Below are positions 56,602 through 64,000 of a DNA stretch of 64,000 nucleotides, piece after piece. The stretch is from Kiritimatiellia bacterium. Lineage in GTDB: Bacteria; Verrucomicrobiota; Kiritimatiellia; RFP12; UBA1067. The stretch covers positions 1,908,442 to 1,972,441 of the forward strand of contig JBMNFY010000017.1 in NCBI GenBank assembly GCA_050949565.1, given 5' to 3'. The stretch's first letter is position 1, and every line of letters begins with the position of its first letter. The notes beneath the pieces are model-generated. The model saw only the letters and a program-made list of their open reading frames with translations, had not been told where the DNA came from and did not search any database. The position numbers were made by a program, and so were the translations under genes.

Positions 56602-57721
56602 CGCCTTTCTCCACCGGTGCCTGCTGCCAGTCGTTCAGAATGTCAGCAACCACGAAGTTCTTGCCGCGCACGGCCTGGCGCAGTTTGATACGCGTGACGA
56701 ACTCGCCGGCGGCGCTTTGACGGCCAGTGCGGCGCACGTTCATCTCGAGCTGCGGCAGAGCATTCTGGCGCTCAGGGCCGAGCAACTCAGCAATGGCGTC
56801 GTCAGAGAGTTCAATGATCGCGAACTTCAGTTCGTCATTGGCCTCGATGATCTTGCCCTTGTCACCGGCGGTTGGAGCCGTAGCCATGCCCTGAGCCGGT
56901 GCGACGGTACCGGGACGCGAACCTTGGCCGCTCAACCTCTTCTTCAGTTCTTCGTTCTGCTCGCGCAGTTTGGCGAGATCATCGGTCAAGTTGACCTTGT
57001 CCTCGTTCAGCGTCTCGATCGTGTTCTTGGCGTCGGCGAGTTCGGCGGTGAGTTCCCGCTTCTCGGCGGTGAGCCGGGTCACGCTTGTTTCCAACGCTGT
57101 TTTTTCGGTGGTGAGGGTAGCGACCTTTTCCTTTTCGCCTTTCAGTTCCACCTTGGCGGCACGGCCGTCGGTCTTGAGCTTGTTGATCTCATCGATCGAG
57201 GCGGTGAACTGATCGCGCATCTTGGAGAGTTCGGCGCGCGTCTTATTGAGCGAGGCCTGCTGGGCCTTGGCGCGATCGAAGAGCTGGTCCATTAGCTCTT
57301 GCATGGTGCCGGGACCCTTGGTGTCGGGCTTGTTATCCACCGGGTTGAGGATATAGTTGCCTTCGTCGTCGACACGGTAGAGGCAGCGGAGCTGCAGGCG
57401 CTTTTCGGTGTTACCGAAGTCGAGCGTGGGCAGATTCTGCTGCTCCAGCTTGATCGGGTAGCCCTCCAGCATCGCCTGCTTCTCGGGGTTTGTCAGCTCA
57501 CGGTCGGAGACTTCAGAGGTGTCCTTCATCACGCTTGGCGCATCGGCCTCGGCGGGATCTTGCCCCTCAATCGTCTTCGCCACTTTGATGAACGTCTCCT
57601 CAAGTACACTGTTGCGCTTCGTCAACAGCTCCCGTTTTTCGAACAACTTGTGAGCAAAAAACAGGGACACAGCACTCAGGATCAGAATGATGATAACCAA
57701 CACACGCAGCACTTTAGCCAT
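56585..57721 (-). CDS. Membrane-anchored coiled-coil protein
   Basis: N-terminal transmembrane helix, long heptad region and small beta-rich C-terminal domain. Confidence 0.8.
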   Translation of the reverse strand: MAKVLRVLVIIILILSAVSLFFAHKLFEKRELLTKRNSVLEETFIKVAKTIEGQDPAEADAPSVMKDTSEVSDRELTNPEKQAMLEGYPIKLEQQNLPTLDFGNTEKRLQLRCLYRVDDEGNYILNPVDNKPDTKGPGTMQELMDQLFDRAKAQQASLNKTRAELSKMRDQFTASIDEINKLKTDGRAAKVELKGEKEKVATLTTEKTALETSVTRLTAEKRELTAELADAKNTIETLNEDKVNLTDDLAKLREQNEELKKRLSGQGSRPGTVAPAQGMATAPTAGDKGKIIEANDELKFAIIELSDDAIAELLGPERQNALPQLEMNVRRTGRQSAAGEFVTRIKLRQAVRGKNFVVADILNDWQQAPVEKGDVVFF

Positions 57722-57840
57722 TTCAAAACCTCAAGATTAACTGGTGACACGTTTACGCGTATGGTCAAAAGGTAATTCAAACCGGGCCGAACTGCAACAA
57801 CAAACTGTGAGAAGATGTGATTTTTTTTTGTGGTTTGAAA

Positions 57841-57869
57841 TTGACCTTGGCGCACAGCCTCCGTACAAT
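57841..57869 (+). promoter_or_regulatory. Sigma70-like promoter
   Basis: TTGACC-17 nt-TACAAT, 11 nt upstream of ATG 57881. Confidence 0.6.
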
Positions 57870-57880
57870 TGCTCCTCACT

Positions 57881-60800
57881 ATGACTAAGAAGCGTTCCAA
57901 GATTTTTGGCTGCTGGCTTGTTGGGCTCCTGGGTGTGGGTATTCCTCTGTGCGGGGCGTTCGCGCAGGCTGACGCTGAAAAGGCGTTGGAAGACGAACTG
58001 AAGTACATCGAGCTCTTGCAGCAGATGCGCATGCCGGATATCGCCAACGAGGTGATAGCCGAGACCAAGGCGCGTTTTCCTGAGGCGGCCGCCAAGCTCA
58101 GGGTCAGCGAACTCAAAGGCTTGCTCTCTCAGGGGCGTTTTGACGACGTCCAGAAGGAGATCGACGCGATCCCCGATAAAAACGGGGTTGAATTCTGGGC
58201 GTTGACGCTGGCCAAGGCCGATGCCTACTATGCCTTCCAGAGGTATGACGAGGCGGATAAACTCTATCTGGGCTTCTTCAAAAAGGTTGAAAAGCCGGCC
58301 GGTGCGCTGGTCACCTTTTATCGTGACGCGGCCTACAGGTACGTCCAGATGTTGCTCTATCTGGGCAGAGATAAAGAGGCCCTCGTGGCTTTCCGCAACC
58401 TCTTCAAGGTGCCGCTGGAGGAGGCTGCCGAGCGGCAGGTACGCGCCGACATGGCCGAATTGATGCTCAAGCTCCTGCCTGATGTCGAGAAGAAGGAGGA
58501 GAAGGACAAGATGATCAAGGAGGCCGAGGCCAATGTCGACAAGCTGCTCTGGAAGCAGGACATCTGGTTCGGCAAGGCGATCGTGATGAAGGCGCACCTC
58601 CTCCTGATGCGCGGCGACCTCACGGGAACCCGGGATCTGGTCGAGAATTACATGCCGCAACTCAGGACCATCCATGATTCTCTGCGCGATCAGGATCCCG
58701 ATGGCTCGCAAGGCTTGCTGCGCATGAGTCCGATGCCGCAGTGCCGTTACTTGCTGGCGGTGTTGCTGATGGACGAAGCGATGGCCGAGGCCAAGAAGGA
58801 CAAGCCCGATGAAGACCGTATCAAAGACCTGCTGATCGGTGAAAGGGATGCCCAGTCCGGCAAGCGCAAGCAGAACGGTGCCTTCAACCACTTTATCAAC
58901 GTGTTTGTCCGCTTCCCGGAGAGCCAGTGGGCCTCCGAGGCCGGCGAACGTTCCGAGATCCTGCGCAAGTTCATTAAGACCCGCTACAATGCGGACCTGC
59001 GCACGCCGGTGACCGAAGAACAGATGCGCAGGGTGCGTGAAATGCAGTTCGCGGGGGCGCGGCTCATCTTCAGCCGGAACCAGTTCAAGGAGGCGATCGA
59101 CAAGTACCTGCTGGTGCTCAACCAGTTTCCGGAGTCCCCGGAGTCGGTGTCGGCCTTGGGTGACCTCGCGATCAGCTACATTGAGACCTCTGGCGAGGAC
59201 GCAGAAGCGGCGCTGATGGCTGAGACCGTCATCGGCCACCTCTCTGAGCGTTTCGCGTGCCACCCCAAGCTTATGAAAGAAGCGGGCGACCAGATGCGCC
59301 GCATCGCTGAGCACTACGGCGATCTGCGCATGGAAGACAAGCGACGTCAGACTTACGCGCTCTTCTTCCGCGATTACCCGGACCATTACGCCGCAGGCCA
59401 GCTCGTGATGAGTTTCGCTGAGCGCGAGTTTTCCGCCAAGAACTATGTCGGCGCGATGACGTATTACCGGCAGATCAGCGAGACTTACACCAATTCGCCC
59501 CACTATTTCGATGCCATCAGCCGCATGGCGCAGATCTACAAAGAAGAGGAACAGGCGACCAACGAGATCCAGACACTGGAGTTTTATGTCGAGCGTCTCG
59601 GCGCACGCGAGCGCCCCGACCATACGCTGATCGTCGGCACCTTCCGCTTGGCCGACGCCTACCGCGAGTACGGCATTAGCCTGCTCCATGGCGGCGACAC
59701 GAATGAAACCGAGACCGTCGACGCCGCGCAGAGAGCGGAGGAGCGGACGCAGGGCGTGAACATGTTGAGCAGAGCGGTCATGAACTTCAACAACGTCGCC
59801 AAGATGTTGGATGAGAATGCGGCCGCTTACCAGCGGAACGATGAAGAGAAGCAGCGTAACGAGCAGATGCGCGAGTTGGCCGTCTTCACCAAAGCGGTCT
59901 GCCTGACGCAGATCAACCAGCCCGAGGATAAGTTGCCGCTGTTGCGCAAGCTGGCCATCAACGCCTATGAGGATTACGTCAAGCGTTTCCCCAAGGGACA
60001 ATACGCCCCCAGAGCGCAGTTGCAGATCGGTACGCTTTACACTATTTTGCAGGACACCGCCAACGCGCAGGCAGCCTTTGAGAAGCTCAGCAAAAACTAT
60101 CCGGAGTCCGCCGAGGCTAAGAACTCGGTGCCGATGCAGGCCGCTGCTTTGATCGAGATCGGGTTACGCGGCGAGGGTGTTGCCAAGTACCGCGAGATGT
60201 TCGCCGCTGGCGGCACCTATACGGAAGGCCAGTTCATGGCCGCAGCGGATGCCTTGGAGAAGAGCCGGGAGTACGACATGGCGGTTCAAGCGTACGACAA
60301 GGTGTTGTCCACCGCCAAGGATATTAGTTTGATCGCCAATGCCCGGTTGGGACGCACCCGCTCGCTGATCGGCCTCAAGAAGTATGGTGAGGCGCACAAG
60401 ATGCTGGAAGCCTTTATCAAAGATGAAAAGCTCTCTAAGCTCGCACTGGTGGTCGACGCCAACCTGTTGCTGGTTGACGTGGCCAGCGAGGAGGGCAAGG
60501 TTGAAAAGGATGACAGGGAGCGCGCTCGTCTCTTCAATGCGGCGGTGGATGCGCTCAAGATGGTCAGGGGCTACCGCACCACGCCGGAAGAGCAGGCCGA
60601 ACTGGACCTGATGACTGGCGAGGTCCTGTTGCGCAGGTGGTCGGCTGAAAAGAAGTTGGGGTTGAACGAACAGGCGGCCGAGACGCGCGGTAAGGCGATT
60701 GTGGCCTTCCAGGGGATGATCCTGAGCATAGACCCCGGCAATCTCGCTTTGTCAAGTGTCCTCGAAAAATCCTATTTCCACTGCATCCCGCTGCTGCTGG

Positions 60801-60919
60801 AACACAAGAAGTTCAAGGATGCTGAGGAGGACTGCGAGAAGTATCTCTCGCTCTTCCCGGACGGCCGCTACAAGACCGATGTGCAAAATTGGCTGAATCA
60901 GGCGCGGATCGGCCAGTAG
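57881..60919 (+). CDS. Large exported tetratricopeptide-repeat protein
   Basis: Signal peptide; repeated TPR-like helical units ending FPES/YPD/FPKG/FPDG. Confidence 0.88.
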   Translation: MTKKRSKIFGCWLVGLLGVGIPLCGAFAQADAEKALEDELKYIELLQQMRMPDIANEVIAETKARFPEAAAKLRVSELKGLLSQGRFDDVQKEIDAIPDKNGVEFWALTLAKADAYYAFQRYDEADKLYLGFFKKVEKPAGALVTFYRDAAYRYVQMLLYLGRDKEALVAFRNLFKVPLEEAAERQVRADMAELMLKLLPDVEKKEEKDKMIKEAEANVDKLLWKQDIWFGKAIVMKAHLLLMRGDLTGTRDLVENYMPQLRTIHDSLRDQDPDGSQGLLRMSPMPQCRYLLAVLLMDEAMAEAKKDKPDEDRIKDLLIGERDAQSGKRKQNGAFNHFINVFVRFPESQWASEAGERSEILRKFIKTRYNADLRTPVTEEQMRRVREMQFAGARLIFSRNQFKEAIDKYLLVLNQFPESPESVSALGDLAISYIETSGEDAEAALMAETVIGHLSERFACHPKLMKEAGDQMRRIAEHYGDLRMEDKRRQTYALFFRDYPDHYAAGQLVMSFAEREFSAKNYVGAMTYYRQISETYTNSPHYFDAISRMAQIYKEEEQATNEIQTLEFYVERLGARERPDHTLIVGTFRLADAYREYGISLLHGGDTNETETVDAAQRAEERTQGVNMLSRAVMNFNNVAKMLDENAAAYQRNDEEKQRNEQMRELAVFTKAVCLTQINQPEDKLPLLRKLAINAYEDYVKRFPKGQYAPRAQLQIGTLYTILQDTANAQAAFEKLSKNYPESAEAKNSVPMQAAALIEIGLRGEGVAKYREMFAAGGTYTEGQFMAAADALEKSREYDMAVQAYDKVLSTAKDISLIANARLGRTRSLIGLKKYGEAHKMLEAFIKDEKLSKLALVVDANLLLVDVASEEGKVEKDDRERARLFNAAVDALKMVRGYRTTPEEQAELDLMTGEVLLRRWSAEKKLGLNEQAAETRGKAIVAFQGMILSIDPGNLALSSVLEKSYFHCIPLLLEHKKFKDAEEDCEKYLSLFPDGRYKTDVQNWLNQARIGQ

Positions 60920-60977
60920 GTCGTCCGATGAGTTGGATTATTCCCTACAAGTGACACCCCTTTCAAGGAGCAAACGT

Positions 60978-61783
60978 ATGAAGATGAGAATACAGACTGG
61001 ACTGGCCGCGTTGGCCGCGACCTTCATTGCTGCCGAGGCCGCCGCCGTGCAGGGCGTCATCACGATGCCCAACGGATCGAAGCGCGAAGGCGAGATCAAA
61101 TGGATTGCGCGTGACAAGGCGTATGGCATTGTCGAGAAGGGCCGCTCGATTGAAATGCAGTTGAAGCCAGAGGAGATCGCTGGTCTGCAGATCCCGCGGC
61201 CGCGCGAGCTTGACGCTGCAATCGAGGCGATCCGCCAGGGCAACGCCAATGCTGCGATTCCGATGTTGGAGAAGATTGCGTCCGACTACATGATGTTGCA
61301 GTGGGACAAGCCCGCCACCCGTTATCTGGCCGAGGCGCACGTGCAGGCCGGCAACGCCGACAAAGCGATTGCTGTCTGTGAGAAGGTCATCGCCGCCGAC
61401 CCCGAGGCCGCCTATCTAGGCGAGATGGCCCCGGTTTACTGGCAGGCGCTGATCAAGCGCGAGCGCCTCAGCAAGGTCGAGGAACTGCTCGGCAAGGCGA
61501 TCAAAACCGGCGACCGCCTGGCCTCGGCCAACGCGCTGATCGCGCGCGGCGACCTGATTCAGCAGGCGGGCGGCGACACCCCACGAGATCATTGCCAAGA
61601 AGGCGCTGCGCGACGGTTACCTGCGCGTGAGTCACGCTCTACCGGAGCGAGCGCGCCGCGCAGCCGGAAGCGCTGTATAAGGCGGCCAAGTGTTTTGAAA
61701 ACCTGGGGCAGACCCAGCGCGCGGATCAATTGCGGACCACCCTCAAGGGTGAGTTCGGCTCGTCGGAGTGGGCCAAGAAGTAA
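60978..61783 (+). CDS. Exported TPR protein with two apparent frameshifts (~61580 and ~61630)
   Basis: RBS AAGGAG and signal peptide. The reconstructed end KKALRDGYLRV.TLY..PEALYKAAKCFENLG..SEWAKK stops at TAA 61783. Confidence 0.7.
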
Positions 61784-61862
61784 GGCTCAGGGAACAACAT
61801 GTCAAACAGGATTTTGTTAGTCAGCGAAACTAACTTGAACAAAGGTAACAACGCGAGAGGTA

Positions 61863-62653
61863 ATGATGAAAAGACTGGTCATGTCGGCAGTGATGGTGGC
61901 AGGTTTGGCGGTGGGCACGGTGCTAGCCCAGGATGCGGCACCGGCGGCGGATGGTGCTGCGGCACCGGCGGTGGAAGCGGCGGATGGTGCAAAGGCACCG
62001 GCCAAGCCAAAGGATAACACCGGCTTCCTTGCCGTGGTGTTTGGCTCTGGTACAGTCGGTATGCTCCTGTGGGCAGCGCTCTTCGGTTGCGGTGCGGCCG
62101 CGATCTATTTTGTCGTGGACAGCGCAATCCTGATCCGCCCACAGAGGATCATGCCGCAGACGCTGATTAATAAAGTCAAGGCCGCTATGGCCGAGGGCGA
62201 TGTGATGAAGGCGCTGCACGCCTGCGAGAGCGAGCCTGGCCCCATGGCCAACATTCTTTCGGCCGGCTTCGCGCATGTGGAGGAGGGCTTCGAGGTCATC
62301 CAAGAGGCGATCACCGCAGCGGCCGACCTCGAGATCGAGCGCATTATGCAGCGCCTCACCTGGGTCTCGGTCTGCTCCAACCTCTCCCCGATGCTCGGCC
62401 TGCTCGGAACGGTGCAGGGTATGATCATGTGCTTTAGCGCACTGGCTACCGGTGCCCCCGACGTCGGCGCCCTGGCGCTCGCCATTTCGCAGGCGCTCTG
62501 GACGACCGGCAGGCGGACTGGCCATCGCCATCCCGGCCATCACGTGCTACTACAGCCTCCGTAACAACGCCAACCGGCCTGATCCTGCGCATGGAGGCGA
62601 TGACCATGGAGCTGATTAAGGATCTGCGCAATGTCGAGGTCGTAAGCGAGTAA
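61863..62653 (+). CDS. MotA/TolQ/ExbB proton channel protein with two apparent frameshifts (~62508 and ~62577)
   Basis: SPMLGLLGTVQGMI and ISQALWTT, then AGGLAIAIPA in the shifted frame. Confidence 0.85.
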
Positions 62654-62812
62654 TCCTCGCCGACGATGCGGACAGAGCCGATCCCCCGGCTCTGTCCGGT
62701 CGCTACTCGCTGAGAAGTCGGTGCGCGGCTCGAGCACCGACCGAGCGGTTTACCGGAAGAGCCGGAAGATGAGGATTTTTATGCGGATCCCCCGCAGACA
62801 GGATTGAATGCC

Positions 62813-63243
62813 ATGGCTAGACGCTCTTCAGAACAGTGCGATATCGACATGACGCCGATGATTGACGTCGTGTTCCAACTGATCATTTTCTTCGTCGTTA
62901 CGATCAAGTTTTCTTCGGATGTCAATCCCGACATCTTTCTTGAGGACGGCAAGCATGGCGAGACGCTGACGCAGGACAACATGCCGCCCAGCACCCCTCG
63001 AGATCGAAGTGGACCGGCGCGGGACGTATCTCGATCCACAACGCCACTCTGACGCCGAATATGCTCAGGGGAGGTCATCAGATACCGGATCAGCCGCCAC
63101 GGCTACGAGTTCCCTATTCTAATCCGTGCCGACCGCCGTGCGCAGCACGAGAGGGTGCGCAGGGTGATGGACATCTGCACCGACATGCGGCCCTCTGGAA
63201 ACTGTCGTTCCTCGCGATTCAGGAACACAAAACGAAGGAATAG
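62813..63243 (+). CDS. ExbD/TolR family protein with several apparent frameshifts
   Basis: IDMTPMIDVVFQLIIFF; ILIRADRR..VRRVMDIC in another frame. Confidence 0.8.
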
Positions 63244-63252
63244 GAGGAGATT

Positions 63253-63660
63253 ATGGCTAGAAAACGCGAACGGAATAAAGGCGAAACCCCGAAACTCGAT
63301 ATGACGGCGATGATCGATGTCGTGTTTCAGCTCCTGATCTTCTTTGTCGTCACACTGAAGCAAGAGGATATCCTCTCCAGACTGACCGCCGCCCGCCCAG
63401 CACCGAGTACGGACGAGGAAACGAAAACCAAAGACCCCAATCTGATCACTGTCGTCGTGGCACCCGATGGTTTCCTCTTGAATGGTCGGCCGATGCGCCT
63501 GCCGGAATTGGATCGTAACATCGAGCGCTTCGCCGGCTATAGCAAGACCGCCATGGTCGTCATTAAGTGCACGAAAGATTCACCTCACGCCTTCCTTGTC
63601 CAGGCGTTGGATATCTGCAACAAGCACGGCATGACCAACCTGTCGATCTTCACCTTGTAA
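63253..63660 (+). CDS. ExbD/TolR family protein
   Basis: LDMTAMIDVVFQLLIFFVVT; RBS AGGAGGAG. Confidence 0.9.
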   Translation: MARKRERNKGETPKLDMTAMIDVVFQLLIFFVVTLKQEDILSRLTAARPAPSTDEETKTKDPNLITVVVAPDGFLLNGRPMRLPELDRNIERFAGYSKTAMVVIKCTKDSPHAFLVQALDICNKHGMTNLSIFTL

Positions 63661-63699
63661 GTCTATTTGCCACAATAGTTATTTTTTTGATTTTCGGGG

Positions 63700-63728
63700 T
63701 TGACTCTTTTCGTCATCCCCCGCATAAT
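63700..63728 (+). promoter_or_regulatory. Sigma70-like promoter
   Basis: TTGACT-17 nt-CATAAT. Confidence 0.55.
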
Positions 63729-63818
63729 TGAGCGCGAAAGGTGGGGTCGCGTCTGATGGCACCGTTAAGCCCGGACGTTGACACCTGTCTTCCGAGCATG
63801 ACAAGCGAGGAGGTTATC

Positions 63819-64000
63819 ATGAACAACCACGACATCGGTATAGAACGAATAGACGCCGGTCTCAAAGAAATTGAGCGGAAGTATAGCAATGAGACTCTGG
63901 TAAAGCGTCTCAAGGTACTGTTCGGCGGGCTCAAGGCACCGCGTCAGTCCCGTGAGTATAAAGCTGCGATGATCGAGATGCAGCGCCTCTCTGCGCCGGT
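63819..64000 (+). CDS. 3'-truncated ORF of unknown function
   Basis: RBS GAGGAGG and ATG 63819; frame open to the window end (MNNHDIGIERIDAG...). Confidence 0.65.
   Translation, partial: MNNHDIGIERIDAGLKEIERKYSNETLVKRLKVLFGGLKAPRQSREYKAAMIEMQRLSAP

Noticed and set aside
57737-60001. 754-aa minus-strand ORF and similar long antisense ORFs (e.g. 8175-9848, 41575-43248, 2775-3713)
   Set aside because: These are shadow frames of well-supported genes in GC-rich DNA and carry no recognisable motifs.

Overview
GC-rich bacterial DNA; the gene style suggests a PVC-group organism such as Kiritimatiellae/Lentisphaerae (inference only). (1) 1-17.6 kb: glycan-utilisation cluster (discoidin, heparinase II/III-like, AraC, LamG/PKD, BNR sialidase-like, GH127-like, NanA/DHDPS family, MOFRL glycerate kinase). 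It contains a 3264-bp diverged tandem duplication that creates an in-frame NanA-sialidase chimera. (2) rpmE-prfA, with prfA split by a +1 shift at CCC-TGA. (3) A ~22-kb accessory island (19.4-41.9 kb, mostly minus strand) with polymorphic toxin/immunity-like architecture: a 1282-aa membrane-anchored protein ending in a lower-GC HExxH metallopeptidase domain, two signal-peptide paralogs, an orphan cassette that shares an internal block with the large gene but carries a different (clan CD-like) tip, four more mosaic paralogs and a degenerate thermonuclease. About 6.95 kb of the island is tandemly duplicated next to a DDE transposase. (4) 42-64 kb: 2180-aa beta-strand-repeat/PA14 protein, beta-helix enzyme, wrbA, a MITE-like element, a Whirly-like protein with an SSB-like acidic tail, nitronate monooxygenase family gene and a TPR-TPR-ExbB-ExbD-ExbD operon. 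Several single-base frameshifts suggest residual sequencing error. No rRNA, tRNA or CRISPR array was seen. All family calls come from motif recognition by eye, not database searches.
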